Shown: positions 45,891-56,040 of the stretch, piece after piece
Position numbering within the stretch: the stretch's first letter is position 1
How the letters are laid out: every line of letters starts with the position of its first letter
Assembly (NCBI GenBank): GCA_963727905.1
Contig: CAVSIC010000005.1
Coordinates: forward strand, 15,696 to 79,695
Source of the DNA: an uncultured Microthrixaceae bacterium
GTDB lineage: Bacteria; Actinomycetota; Acidimicrobiia; Acidimicrobiales; VFJN01
Length of the DNA stretch: 64,000 nucleotides
Direction of reading: 5' to 3'
Notes under the pieces: model-generated
What the model was told of the DNA's origin: nothing
What the model saw: only the letters and a program-made list of their open reading frames with translations
Database searches by the model: none
Made by a program: the position numbers and the translations under genes

Positions 45891-47096
45891 CTAGGCGGCG
45901 GACTTCTCCAGGATGTGGACGCCGCAGGCGGAGCCCAGGCCGATGACGTGGGCCAGGCCCACCTTGGCGCCCTCGATCTGGCGGTCGCCCGCCTCGCCGC
46001 GGAGGTGGTGGCACACCTCCCAGATGTTGGCGATGCCGGTGGCGGCGATCGGGTGGCCCTTGGACTCCAGGCCGCCGGACACGTTCACCGGGGTCTTGCC
46101 GTCACGCCACGACGCGCCGCTGTTGAAGAAGTCGACGGCGCCGCCCTCCTCGCAGAGGCCGAGGTTGTCGTAGTGGACGAGCTCGGCGGTGGCGAAGCAG
46201 TCGTGCAGCTCCACCAGGTCGAGGTCCTGCGGGCCGACGCCGGCCTGCTCGTAGGCCTGCTTGGCGGCCATCTTCGTGAGCGTGTTGACGTCGGGCAGCA
46301 CCTGGCAGCTCTCCTGCCACGGATCGCTCGTGAGGATCGAGGCCGACACCTTCACGGCCCGCTTCTGCTGCTCGAGCGAGAGGGTCTTGAGCACCTCGCC
46401 GGACACGACCACCGCGGCGGCGGCGCCGTCGCAGTTGGCCGAGCACATCGGCCGGGTGTTCGGGTAGGCGATCATCATGTCGCCCATGATCTCCTCGAGC
46501 GTCATCTTCTTGGTGTACGCCGCGAGCGGGTTGAGCGTGCTGTGGGCGTGGTTCTTCTCGCTGATCTTGGCGAACAGCTCGAAGGACGTGCCGCCGTACT
46601 TGTGGCCGTACTCCATGCCGATCTGGGCGAACACGCCGGGCATGGTGTCGGTGCCGATGCGGCCGTCGGTCTTGGTGACGGCGCCGTAGCGGCCCTTCGG
46701 CTCGTAGACCTGCTTGTCGCTCTTCGGCGTGCCCCCGCCGCCGAGCAGGCCGGCGCCGGCCAGCTTCTCGACGCCGACGGCGAGGCCGTACTTCGCCTCG
46801 CCGGCCTTCACGGCCATGATCGCCGTGCGCAGCGCCGTGGCACCGGTGGCGCACGCGTTGGACACGTTGAAGACCGGGATGCCGGTCTGGCCGATCTGCT
46901 TCTGCAGCATCTGCCCCATGCCCCCGCCACCCATGAGGTTGCCGGCGGCGAGGATGCCGATGTCCTTCATCGTGACGCCGGCGTCGGCCAGCGCGGCCAT
47001 CGACGCCTCGGCGGCGAGGTCGACCGTGTCCTTGTCCGGGTGCTTGCCGAACTTGGTCATGTTGATCCCGAGGATCCAGATGTCGTCGCTTGCCAT
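45891..47096 (-). CDS. thiolase-fold protein, SCP-x/Ltp (lipid-transfer-protein) type
   Basis: 401-aa ORF. NVSNACATGATAL (active-site Cys), ELHDCFATAEL, NVSGGLESKGHPIAATG. Lies 5 nt downstream of a DUF35 gene. Confidence 0.85.
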   Translation of the reverse strand: MASDDIWILGINMTKFGKHPDKDTVDLAAEASMAALADAGVTMKDIGILAAGNLMGGGGMGQMLQKQIGQTGIPVFNVSNACATGATALRTAIMAVKAGEAKYGLAVGVEKLAGAGLLGGGGTPKSDKQVYEPKGRYGAVTKTDGRIGTDTMPGVFAQIGMEYGHKYGGTSFELFAKISEKNHAHSTLNPLAAYTKKMTLEEIMGDMMIAYPNTRPMCSANCDGAAAAVVVSGEVLKTLSLEQQKRAVKVSASILTSDPWQESCQVLPDVNTLTKMAAKQAYEQAGVGPQDLDLVELHDCFATAELVHYDNLGLCEEGGAVDFFNSGASWRDGKTPVNVSGGLESKGHPIAATGIANIWEVCHHLRGEAGDRQIEGAKVGLAHVIGLGSACGVHILEKSAA

Positions 47097-47101
47097 GGTG
47101 C

Positions 47102-47500
47102 TCAGGCCTCCAGGGGCTCGAAGCCGAAGCCGATGGCCTCGGTGCCGTCATCGTCGGTGCCGACCACGTAGGTGGCGAGCTTGACCTTCATCCCGAGGGA
47201 CACGTGGTCCGGGTCGGGCTCGGTGTTGATCACGTTGCCGCGGACGCTGGTGCCGTCGCAGTCGACGACGCCGGCCACGAAGGGCACGGGCACGCCGGGG
47301 GCGGCGAAGGCCACGATGGTGAACGCCTTGAGCTCGCCGGACGTGGCGATGCTCACGTCGGTGAAGTCGGTGGCGAAGCACGAGGCGCAGGCGTTGCGGC
47401 GGTCGAAGAACCGCGCCTTGCAGCTCGTGCACTCCTTGGCCACCAGGTGCGGGTCGTCGCCCAGCACCAGGTAGTCCACGATCGGAACGGCGTTGGCCAC
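47102..47500 (-). CDS. DUF35 OB-fold/zinc-ribbon acyl-CoA-associated protein
   Basis: 132 aa from GTG 47500, preceded by GAGGGAG. Zinc-ribbon CTSCKARFFDRRNACASC followed by an OB-fold segment. The 5' extension in the track ORF is rejected. Confidence 0.75.
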   Translation of the reverse strand: MANAVPIVDYLVLGDDPHLVAKECTSCKARFFDRRNACASCFATDFTDVSIATSGELKAFTIVAFAAPGVPVPFVAGVVDCDGTSVRGNVINTEPDPDHVSLGMKVKLATYVVGTDDDGTEAIGFGFEPLEA

Positions 47501-47600
47501 CGGATCTCCCTCTTTCGTCCCCTGGGATCGCTCCCCTTGGGGCCATCGTTCCACCGGAAGGGGGGCCTTCGCCATTTCGGCAACGCGCGTGTCCAGCACG

Positions 47601-47606
47601 TAGGGT
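47601..47606 (+). promoter_or_regulatory. -10-like TAGGGT placed 6 nt before ATG 47613 (leaderless-type spacing)
   Basis: Read directly. There is no SD-like purine run between the box and the ATG. Confidence 0.35.
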
Positions 47607-47612
47607 CCGACC

Positions 47613-48806
47613 ATGACGGAGCGCACGTTCGTGGTCGGGGTCGGCATGACGAAGTTCGAGAAGCCGGGCTCGAAGGAATGGGACTACCCCGACATGGCGC
47701 GGGAGGCCGGCGGCAACGCCCTGGCCGACGCCGGGATCTCGTACGACCAGGTCGAGCAGGCCTTCGTGGGCTACTGCTACGGCGATTCCACCTCGGGCCA
47801 GCGGGCCCTCTACGAGCTGGGCCTCAGCGGCATCCCGGCCGTCAACGTGAACAACAACTGCTCCACCGGGTCCTCGGCCCTCTACCTCGCCCGGACGATG
47901 GTGAAGGCGGGCGTGTCGGACTGCGTCCTCGCCCTCGGCTTCGAGAAGATGCAGCGGGGCAGCCTCGGCACCAACTTCGAGGACCGCACCAACCCCATGG
48001 ACAAGCACATCATGGACATGATCGGCCGGCGCGGGTTCGCCCCGTCGCCGCCGGCGGCCCAGGTGTTCGGCAACGCCGGCAAGGAGTACATGGAGCGGTA
48101 CCCGACCGTCACCAACGAGACGTTCGCCCGCATCGGCGAGAAGAACCACCGGCACTCGGTGAACAACCCGTACTCGCAGTTCCAGGACGAGTACTCCCTC
48201 GAGGACATCATGAACGCGCCGATGGTCTACGACCCGCTGACCAAGCTGCAGTGCTGCCCGACCTCCGACGGCAGCGGCGCGGCGATCATCGCCAGCGAGC
48301 GCTTCGTCCGCGAGCACGGCCTCGAGGGCAAGGCGGTGGAGATCGTCGGCCAGGCGATGACCACCGACTTCGAGAACACCTTCGACGGCTCGGACATGAG
48401 CATCGCCGGCTTCCACATGACCAAGGCGGCCGCCCAGATGGTCTACGAGGAGTCGGGCCTCGGCCCGGAGGACGTGCAGGTCATCGAGCTGCACGACTGC
48501 TTCTCGGCCAACGAGCTGATCACCTACGAGGGCCTCGGCCTGTGCGAGCAGGGCAAGGCGGGCGACCTGATCCACGACGGTGCCGTCACCTACGGCGGCA
48601 AGTGGGTCGTGAACCCCTCCGGCGGCCTCATCTCCAAGGGCCACCCCCTCGGCGCCACCGGGCTGGCCCAGTGCGCCGAGCTCAGCTGGCAGATCCGCGG
48701 CGAGGCCGACAAGCGCCAGAACGGCGAGGTCAACGCCGCCCTCCAGCACAACCTCGGCCTCGGCGGCGCCGCCGTCGTCACGATGTACCGGAAGGCCGAG
48801 CTCTAG
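47613..48806 (+). CDS. thiolase-fold protein, SCP-x/Ltp type
   Basis: 397-aa [44 protein letters not shown]. Confidence 0.85.
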   Translation: MTERTFVVGVGMTKFEKPGSKEWDYPDMAREAGGNALADAGISYDQVEQAFVGYCYGDSTSGQRALYELGLSGIPAVNVNNNCSTGSSALYLARTMVKAGVSDCVLALGFEKMQRGSLGTNFEDRTNPMDKHIMDMIGRRGFAPSPPAAQVFGNAGKEYMERYPTVTNETFARIGEKNHRHSVNNPYSQFQDEYSLEDIMNAPMVYDPLTKLQCCPTSDGSGAAIIASERFVREHGLEGKAVEIVGQAMTTDFENTFDGSDMSIAGFHMTKAAAQMVYEESGLGPEDVQVIELHDCFSANELITYEGLGLCEQGKAGDLIHDGAVTYGGKWVVNPSGGLISKGHPLGATGLAQCAELSWQIRGEADKRQNGEVNAALQHNLGLGGAAVVTMYRKAEL

Positions 48807-48813
48807 GCCGGAG

Positions 48814-49989
48814 CGTGCCCCGCGCGGCAGTCCATCGGAACGGCGACGAGCGGGTCACCCCGCTCGAGCTGTTCTTCGACCTCGTCTTCGTCCTCGCGAT
48901 CACGCAGTGCACGGCGCTGATGGCCCACGAGCCGACCTGGGCCGGCGTGGGCAAGGGCCTCGTGGTCCTGGCCGTCCTGTGGTGGGCGTGGGTCGGCTAC
49001 GCCTGGTTCACGAGCGTGCTCGACCCCGAGGAGGGGGCGGTCCGCGGCGCGATGTTCGTGGTGATGGGCGCGTTCTTCGTGGCCGCCCTGGCGGTGCCAT
49101 CCGCGTTCGAGGACGGCGGGATCACGTTCGCGGTGGGCTACGCCGTCGTGCGGGTGGGCCACCTGGTGCTGTTCGGCGTGGCCAGCCGAGAGGACCCCGC
49201 GCTCCGCCGGTCGGTCCTGGTCGGCATGGTGCCGAGCACGCTGACCTGCATCGGCCTGCTCGCGGTGGCCTCGCAGGTCGAGGGGGCTGCGCAAGGGGCG
49301 CTCTGGGTCGCGGCCTTCGCCCTCGACATCGCTGGACCCTTCATGTTCGGCAGCGAGGGGTGGCACCTCGTCCCGGGGCACTTCGCCGAACGCCACGGCC
49401 TCGTCGTCCTGATCGCCCTGGGCGAGTCCATCATCGCCCTCGGGGTCGGAGGCGGCGCGGGGAGCTCACCGCCGGGCTGATCACCACGGCCTGCGTCGGC
49501 GTCGCCTGCTGCGCAGCCCTCTGGTGGATCTACTTCGACGTCGCCGCGTCCATGACCAGGGGCAGGCTGCAGGCCGCCGAGGTGGGCCGGGAGCAGAACG
49601 AGCTGGCCAGAGACGCCTACTCCCTGATGCACCTGCCGATGGTGGCGGGCATCGTGCTCGTGGCGTCCGGGTTCGAGGCGGCGCTGCACCACGTGCGCGA
49701 GCCGCTGGACACCGTCCCGGCCACCGCCCTCTTCGGCGGGCTCGCGCTGTACCTCCTCGCCCACGTCGCCGTCGGGCTCCGGTGCGGTCGCACGGTCAAG
49801 CCGCAGCGGCTCGCGATGGGCCTGGGGCTGCTGGCGCTGATCCCGCTGGCCCGTCAGGTCGATGCCGTGCTGGCGCTCTCCGGGGCGACGGCGCTCCTCT
49901 GGGCCATGATCGCGTTCGAGACCACGCGGTTCGCCCAGCTCCGGGATGATGTCCGGCACCCGGGCCAGGCCGAACCGCCGTCGCGCTAG
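48814..49989 (+). pseudogene. low-temperature-requirement LtrA-like membrane protein, one frame break
   Basis: GTG 48814. ERVTPLELFFDLVFVLAITQ is the LtrA N-terminal signature. The frame changes near 49465 (...IALGVG / ELTAGLITTACVGVACCAALWWIYFD...) at a G run. Ends 49989. Confidence 0.75.
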
Positions 49990-50004
49990 GTCGGGGGACC
50001 GCTC

Positions 50005-50877
50005 GTGCCGTACGCCTTCGCACTCATCGCCTCGGTCCTGATCGGGACCGGCATCGCGCTGCAGCACCGCAGCGCCAGCACCGAGGACGCGCACGCGGTG
50101 ATGGACCCGCGGCTGCTCTTCCGGCTCCTGCGTCGGAGGACCTGGCTGCTCGGCATGGCGGTCTCGATGGCCGGCTTCGCGTTCCAGGCCACGGCCATCG
50201 CCACCGGCCGCCTCGTCGTCGTCGCTCCGCTCAACTCGATGAACGTGCTCGTGGCGCTGTTCCTGTCGGCCCGCCACGCCGGTCGCCGGCTCGGGCCGCG
50301 GGAGTGGCGGGGCGCGGCGGCGGCGGTGGTCGGCGTGGCCGGGTTCCTCATCGTGGCCGCGCCGAAGGAGGGCGTGGACGTGTCGCCGGTCGTGCCGTGG
50401 GTCGTGCCGTTGGGGGTCCTGGTCGCTGTCGCCGTCCCCGGCGTGCTGGTCGCCCGCCGCCTCGTACCGCCGGCCCGTGGCGTCGTCCTCGCCGCGATGG
50501 CCGGCCTGTCGTTCGGTACGGCCGACGCGCTCATCAAGGTGTTCACGGAGGTCGGCAGCGACCACGGCTTCGGGGGCGTGCTCTCGCACTGGGGGATCTA
50601 CACCTGGTTCGTCGTGAGCCCGTGCGCCTTCCTGCTGCAGCAGAGCGCGTTCCACTCGTCGCACCTCGGCGCCGCCATGCCGGCGACGTCCACGCTGGCG
50701 CCGACGACCGCGTCGGTCCTCGGCGCCCTCATGTTCGGCGAGACGCTCCGCGGTGGGTGGGCGGTCCCGGTGGAGCTCGCCCTGTTCGGGCTGATGCTCT
50801 TCGGCGTCTTCCTGCTCTCGAGCTCCCCCCTCATCGACGCCGCCGCCGACGAGGACCTCGACGCCGCCCCGGCCTAG
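50005..50877 (+). CDS. DMT-superfamily-like integral membrane protein
   Basis: 290-aa ORF with about 9-10 hydrophobic helices. Family assignment is from topology only. Confidence 0.55.
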   Translation: MPYAFALIASVLIGTGIALQHRSASTEDAHAVMDPRLLFRLLRRRTWLLGMAVSMAGFAFQATAIATGRLVVVAPLNSMNVLVALFLSARHAGRRLGPREWRGAAAAVVGVAGFLIVAAPKEGVDVSPVVPWVVPLGVLVAVAVPGVLVARRLVPPARGVVLAAMAGLSFGTADALIKVFTEVGSDHGFGGVLSHWGIYTWFVVSPCAFLLQQSAFHSSHLGAAMPATSTLAPTTASVLGALMFGETLRGGWAVPVELALFGLMLFGVFLLSSSPLIDAAADEDLDAAPA

Positions 50878-52328
50878 CCGAGCACCGGGTCGGCGGGCGT
50901 GCCGTTCCGGAGCTCCTCCCACGCGGAGCGGAGCCGACGGATCCCCTCCTCCACGTGGGGCCACGGGCGATCCACGCACACGCGGAGGTGGGGATCAGCC
51001 TCGCGGCCGCAGCGGGCGATGGAACCGGGGGCGACGCGCACCCCGTGTCGGGCGGCCAGCTGCACGAGGGGCCCGGTGTCGGTCAGATCGGTGCGGGGCC
51101 ACAGCACCGAGCCCCCTTGCGGCGGGTCGAGCTCCCAGGTCGGCAGCTCCACCGCCAGCAGCGCCGCGGCGCGGTCGACGGACGTCTGCAGGGTCAGCCG
51201 CCGGGTCGCGCCCAGCTCGTCGAGGTGGGGCAGGAGGCGCAGCACGATCAGCTGCGCCGGCACCGACGCGCCGAGGTCGAAGCCCAGGCGGAGGTGCATG
51301 GTCTGCTCGATGAACGGGGCCGGCGCCCGCATCCACCCGATCCGGAACCCACCCCACGCCACCTTGCTGACCGAGCAGATCGTGACCACCGTGGCGGCGC
51401 GGCACAGCCCTGCCAGCCTCGGTCGGGGGGCACGGTCGAAGGTGAGGTCGTCGAGGGCGACGTCGTCGAGCACCGTGGCGCGGTGCCGGTCGAGCACCTC
51501 GGCCAGCGCTCGGGTGCGGCTGGCGGGCGTGACCCTGCCCGTCGGGTTGTGCGGGCCGGACTGGAGGTACACGGCGGCCGCCTTCCCCTTCCCGAGGGCC
51601 TCGTCGAGCGACTCCGGGAGCACGCCAGCCCGGTCCCGCGCGAGGGGCAGCGCGATGGCGCCCAGGGCGTCGATCACGTCGAAGATCCCCGGGTAGCTCG
51701 TCTCCTCGACCGCCACCGAGGCACCGAGGGGCACGATCGCCCGCAGGGCCAGGCTCGTGGCGTGGTGGGCGCCGGAGGTGATGTGGATCTGCTCGGCCTG
51801 GGTGACGAGGGCCTGCTGGCTGTGGCGCTCCGCGAGCGCCGCCCGCAGCGCCGGGAGGCCGAGGGGTTGGGTGCCGGGTCCCTCGCCGTCCGTGACGAGG
51901 TCCATCACGTCGAGCTGGAGCGGTGGGAGGTGCGACGCGTCGGGCGGGTTCCCGGTGGCCAGGTCGATGCCCTGGCGCACGGCCATGAAGTGGGTGGACA
52001 CCCGCGTCCCGCTGACCACGGGAGCAGGACCGAACGCGGCGACCACCGTGCCGCTGCCCTGGCGCGACTCGAGCGTGCCGTCGGACCGGAGCTCGTCGAG
52101 CGCGGCGGTGACCGTGCTGCGCGAGACGGCGAGGGCCGAGGCCAGCGCCCGCTCGGCGGGCAGCTTGGCGCCGGGGGTCAACAGGCCGGCGCCGACCAGC
52201 CCGCGCAGGCTGGCGGCCAACCGGTTGGCCAGCGAGCCGTGGCCGCGGTCGGCCCAGCCCTGGAGGAGGTCGGGGAGGTCGCTGCCGCGGGTGGCCTGCC
52301 GCTTGGTGGAAGTGGTCTGTCGAGGCAC
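50874..52328 (-). CDS. MocR/PdxR-type regulator (GntR wHTH fused to a PLP aminotransferase-like domain)
   Basis: 484-aa ORF. N-terminal LPAERALASALAVSRSTVTAALDELRSDGTLESRQGSGTVV, then a fold-type-I aminotransferase-like body (SVSKVAWGGFRIGW carries the Lys context). 4-nt overlap with the convergent DMT gene. Confidence 0.85.
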   Translation of the reverse strand: MPRQTTSTKRQATRGSDLPDLLQGWADRGHGSLANRLAASLRGLVGAGLLTPGAKLPAERALASALAVSRSTVTAALDELRSDGTLESRQGSGTVVAAFGPAPVVSGTRVSTHFMAVRQGIDLATGNPPDASHLPPLQLDVMDLVTDGEGPGTQPLGLPALRAALAERHSQQALVTQAEQIHITSGAHHATSLALRAIVPLGASVAVEETSYPGIFDVIDALGAIALPLARDRAGVLPESLDEALGKGKAAAVYLQSGPHNPTGRVTPASRTRALAEVLDRHRATVLDDVALDDLTFDRAPRPRLAGLCRAATVVTICSVSKVAWGGFRIGWMRAPAPFIEQTMHLRLGFDLGASVPAQLIVLRLLPHLDELGATRRLTLQTSVDRAAALLAVELPTWELDPPQGGSVLWPRTDLTDTGPLVQLAARHGVRVAPGSIARCGREADPHLRVCVDRPWPHVEEGIRRLRSAWEELRNGTPADPVLG

Positions 52329-52387
52329 AGGCCAATCATCGCAGAATGGACGGTGGACCGGGAGACCGGCGGTGCGAAGGTGACCGC

Positions 52388-52546
52388 ATGTTCGCTCCCC
52401 ACTGCCCGACCTGCGAGCGCCGCGTGCTCCTCGGCCACGACCGCATCGTGAGCCTCCGGACCGACGAGTCCCGCCACCGGGTGGACCTGCGCTGCCGGTG
52501 CGGGACCCGCGTGCAGTGGCTCGGGGGCGCCGCCGTCCAGCGGTAG
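52388..52546 (+). CDS. small zinc-ribbon-like protein (52 aa)
   Basis: MFAPHCPTCERRVLLGHDRIVSL...RCRCGTRVQW has CxxC plus CxC. The start is chosen at the internal ATG. Low information. Confidence 0.4.
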   Translation: MFAPHCPTCERRVLLGHDRIVSLRTDESRHRVDLRCRCGTRVQWLGGAAVQR

Positions 52547-52551
52547 GGGCG

Positions 52552-53382
52552 CTACCAGCCCCGGAAGCCGGGGTCTCGCCGCTCGCGGAACGCTGCCATG
52601 CCCTCGGCCATGTCGGCCGAGCCGGTGACCAGCTCCTGGGCCAGCGCCTCCTCCTCGAAGGCGGCGTGGCGGCTCGACTCGAAGCTCCGGTTCACGAGCC
52701 ACTTGGTCATCCCGATGGCCTTCGACGCGCCGGCGGCCAGGCGCCCGGCCAGCTCGTCGACCGTGGCGCCGAGCTCGGCGGCGGGGACGACCCGGTTGGC
52801 GATGCCCCACCGCTCGCAGTCCGCCGCCGAGAGGTCGTCGCCGAAGAACATCAGCTCCTTGGCCCGCTGCGGCCCGACGATCCGGGGGAGCAGGTAGGCG
52901 CCGCCGGCGTCCGGGATGATCCCGCGCTTCACGAAGATCTCGATGAGCCGGGCCGTGTCGGCCATGACCACGAGGTCGCAGGCGAGCACGAGGTTGGCTC
53001 CACCGCCGGCAGCGGCGCCGTTGACGGCGGCGATCACCGGCTTCTCGCAGTCCAGCACCGACGCGATGAGCCGCTGCCAGCCGCGCCGGATCACGCGGCT
53101 GATGTCGCCGAGGACCTGCTCCGGGGCGTCGTCGGGGCGCGGGGGCTGGGGCTTCTGGGCCCCTCCGAGGCCGGCCCCCGTGCAGAAGAACCGGTCGCCC
53201 GCTCCGGTGAGCACGATGGCGCGGACGCCGAGGGTGGCCGAGAGCCCGTCGAACGTGTCCGAGAGGTGGTCGCGCATCTCCGCCGACAGCGAGTTGCCGG
53301 CATCGGCGCGATCGATCGTGATGCGGGCGATCCCTCCGTCGACGGAGGTGCGGATGAGGTCGGTGACGGGAGCGTCGGCCAT
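52552..53382 (-). CDS. enoyl-CoA hydratase/isomerase (crotonase) family protein
   Basis: 276 aa from ATG 53380-53382. AIVLTGAGDRFFCTGAGL, VIAAVNGAAAGGGANLVLACD and EGMAAFRERR are crotonase-fold signatures. The 5' extension in the track is rejected. Confidence 0.85.
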   Translation of the reverse strand: MADAPVTDLIRTSVDGGIARITIDRADAGNSLSAEMRDHLSDTFDGLSATLGVRAIVLTGAGDRFFCTGAGLGGAQKPQPPRPDDAPEQVLGDISRVIRRGWQRLIASVLDCEKPVIAAVNGAAAGGGANLVLACDLVVMADTARLIEIFVKRGIIPDAGGAYLLPRIVGPQRAKELMFFGDDLSAADCERWGIANRVVPAAELGATVDELAGRLAAGASKAIGMTKWLVNRSFESSRHAAFEEEALAQELVTGSADMAEGMAAFRERRDPGFRGW

Positions 53383-53393
53383 GACCGCAGAAC

Positions 53394-54185
53394 CTAGAGC
53401 AGCGCGTGGAGCACGATCCCGTGGGCCACGGCGACGTTCAGCGACGAGGCCGTGCCGGTCATGGGGATGCGCAGGGTCACATCGGCGAGGTCCCGCAGGC
53501 CGCGGGCCAGACCCGTCCGCTCGGAGCCGAGCAGGACCATCGCCGGTCGGGTGACCGCGCCGGGGGCCACGACCACGTCGCCGTCCTCGTCGGTCGCGCA
53601 CACGGTGATCGGCGCCCGCTCGCGCCACGACGCGAGCCACGCCGCCAGGTCGTCGGCCCCTCCTGCCTCGACCACCCGGATCGAGAACACGGAGCCGACG
53701 CTCGACCGGATGGTGCGCGGGTCCCAGAGCTGGACGCCGTGGCCCACCGTGACCACCGCCGCCGCACCGAGCGCGTCGCTCGTGCGGATGATCGTGCCGA
53801 GGTTCCCGGGGCTCGACGGCCGGTCGATCACGACCACGACCCCGTCCTCGGGCGGGTGGAGGTCGGCGAGCGTGGTGGTCGGGATGGCGCCGACGAGCAG
53901 CAGCTCCGGCAGGTCCTCCCGATCGGCCAGGCGCTCGAACAGGTCGATCCGCACCTCGTGGAGCTGAGCATCGCCCAGGCGGGCGACCACGCCCTCCGCC
54001 CAGGCGGATCGGGTGGCGCCGTCAGGCACCACCACCGCGGTCACGGGCCACCCCGCGGCGAGCGCCCGCTCGATGGGCTGGACGCCCTCGATCAGGAGCT
54101 CGCCCCGCTGGGTGCGCTTGCGACGGTTGTGGCGGAGCGCCTCGAGGAGCTGGAACTCGGCGGACTCGGAGGTGATGCGGGCCAC
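53394..54185 (-). CDS. TrmH/SpoU-family RNA 2'-O-methyltransferase
   Basis: 263 aa from GTG 54185. SPGNLGTIIRTSDALG, LLGSERTGL and IPMTGTASSLNVAVAHGIVLH (SPOUT knot motifs). Confidence 0.8.
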   Translation of the reverse strand: MARITSESAEFQLLEALRHNRRKRTQRGELLIEGVQPIERALAAGWPVTAVVVPDGATRSAWAEGVVARLGDAQLHEVRIDLFERLADREDLPELLLVGAIPTTTLADLHPPEDGVVVVIDRPSSPGNLGTIIRTSDALGAAAVVTVGHGVQLWDPRTIRSSVGSVFSIRVVEAGGADDLAAWLASWRERAPITVCATDEDGDVVVAPGAVTRPAMVLLGSERTGLARGLRDLADVTLRIPMTGTASSLNVAVAHGIVLHALL

Positions 54186-54190
54186 CGGGG

Positions 54191-55522
54191 TCAGCTCGGG
54201 AAGGGGGAGCGCCCGTGGCTGGCCCGGGCCGCCGCCTCGAGCAGCTCGTCGCGGAACGCGGGGTGGGCGATGGCGGCCAGGGCCTCGCCTCGCTGGTGCA
54301 CGGTCTTGCCCTGGAGCTCGGCGGCCCCGTGCTCGGTGACGATCACGTCGACCTGGTGGCGCGGCGTCGTGATCACGGCCCCGGCCTCGAACCACGGCAC
54401 GATCCTCGAGCGCATCTCCCCGGCGATCGACACCGTGGAGGGAAGGCACAGGAGCGAGCGGTCCTCGAGGTCGAGCGCCGGACCGGCCACGAAGTCCTCG
54501 TGGCCGCCGATGCCGGAGTACTGCGCGCCGCCGATGGTGTCGGCGATCACCTGGCCCTGGATGTCCACCGACATCGCGGCGTTGATCGTGACCATGGCGC
54601 GGTTGCGGGCGATCAGCTCGGGGCTGTTGACCACGTCGACGGGCAGGAACGCCACGTCGTGGTTCTCGTGCAGCCAGTCGTAGAGCGCCCGGGTGCCGGC
54701 CGCGAAGGTGGCCACCGACACGCCCTCGAAGCAGCCCTTGTTCTCGTTGGTGATCTTGCCCGCCTCGTGGAGCCGCATCAGGCCGGTGGTGAACATCTCC
54801 GAGTGGATGCCGTAGCCGCCGCCGGAGCCCTCGGCCAGCAGCGTGGCCACGGTGGACGGCACCGCCCCGATGCCGGTCTGCAGGGTGGCGCCGTCGGGGA
54901 CGTAGGCCCGCACGTGCTCGGCGATGGCGCGGTCGATGTCCGACGGCGGCGGGTCCTCCGAGGTGATCGGCTCGCGGTCGGACTCGATCAGCACGTCGAT
55001 CTCGTCCACGTGCAGCGCGTGCCGGTGCTCCCGCCCCTCCTGGTCGGTCAGGCCGAAGGTGCGGGGGAAGCGGTCACCGACCTCGACCACCAGCAGGCGG
55101 TTCGCGTCGGCGCCGGCGGCGTGGAGCTGGGCGACGGAGGCGCCGGCGTGGAGCGACAGGCTGCACCAGCCGTCGGCGTCGGGCGGCGCCGCCGACGTGG
55201 TCATCACCCGGGGCGGGTCGGCGTCGAGGATCGGTGTGAACCGGCGGAAGTCGGCGGGAGCGAAGCCGATGTTGGCGCCGGTGTCGCGCAGCACCCGCTC
55301 GAGCGGGCCGTAGAAGCCGCTGAGGTAGTGGACGTTCGGGTGGGAGAACAGGTCGGTGAGGACGGTGAGCAGGGCCCCGCCGATGCGCAGGTGCTCCCAG
55401 TCGGTGCGCCGACCCAGGGCCTCGAGGAAGGCGGGCGGCTGGCCGGGCCCGAGCGGCATGCCGAGGGAGTCCGTCGGGCGGAGGAGGGCGGCGGCATCGT
55501 CGGGGGAGAGGGGCTGGGTCAT
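54191..55522 (-). CDS. acetyl-CoA hydrolase/transferase family protein (4-hydroxybutyrate CoA-transferase-like)
   Basis: 443-aa ORF. LQTGIGAVP, SEMFTTG and GGQVDF-like region YSGIGGHEDFVAG. Confidence 0.8.
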   Translation of the reverse strand: MTQPLSPDDAAALLRPTDSLGMPLGPGQPPAFLEALGRRTDWEHLRIGGALLTVLTDLFSHPNVHYLSGFYGPLERVLRDTGANIGFAPADFRRFTPILDADPPRVMTTSAAPPDADGWCSLSLHAGASVAQLHAAGADANRLLVVEVGDRFPRTFGLTDQEGREHRHALHVDEIDVLIESDREPITSEDPPPSDIDRAIAEHVRAYVPDGATLQTGIGAVPSTVATLLAEGSGGGYGIHSEMFTTGLMRLHEAGKITNENKGCFEGVSVATFAAGTRALYDWLHENHDVAFLPVDVVNSPELIARNRAMVTINAAMSVDIQGQVIADTIGGAQYSGIGGHEDFVAGPALDLEDRSLLCLPSTVSIAGEMRSRIVPWFEAGAVITTPRHQVDVIVTEHGAAELQGKTVHQRGEALAAIAHPAFRDELLEAAARASHGRSPFPS

Positions 55523-56040
55523 CCGACCACCAGTCGGGGGGCGAGCACCTCGATGAGCGCGGTGACGTCCCGCGCGCAGGCCGCGAAGTCCTCGGCGTCA
55601 CCGCCGCCGGGGTCGATGACCTCCTCCCAGTCCTCCAGCTCGATCTCGGCGAGGCCGAGGGCGCGGACGCGGTCGGAGAGCGGGGAGCCGGGGCCGGGGA
55701 GGTCACGGACCAGGCGCCGGAGCGTGCCCGTGCGCGACGCCGCGGCCGGGTGCGTCCGTCGGACCCACTGCACGTGCTCCGGGGCGAGCGCGATCACGAG
55801 GTCAGCATGGCCCAGGTCGCCGGCGGTGGCCTGCCGGCTCCGGTGGTCGGGGACGGACACCCCGACGGACTCCAGCGCCGCCCGCGTCCGCCAGCTCATC
55901 GGCTGGCCCTCGACGACGAGCGTCCCCGCCGTGTGCACGGGGCGGTCCGGCACAAGGGCACGGAGCGCAGCGCCGGCCATCACCGAGCGCGCCGCGTTCC
56001 CGGTGCACAGGAACACCACGGGCGGGTGGGGGTCGGTCAT
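55519..56040 (-). CDS. low-molecular-weight protein-tyrosine phosphatase / ArsC-type fold
   Basis: 173 aa. Active-site loop VVFLCTGNAARSVMA (CX5R-S). Its stop overlaps the next gene's start (ATGA at 55519-55522). Confidence 0.8.
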   Translation of the reverse strand: MTDPHPPVVFLCTGNAARSVMAGAALRALVPDRPVHTAGTLVVEGQPMSWRTRAALESVGVSVPDHRSRQATAGDLGHADLVIALAPEHVQWVRRTHPAAASRTGTLRRLVRDLPGPGSPLSDRVRALGLAEIELEDWEEVIDPGGGDAEDFAACARDVTALIEVLAPRLVVG

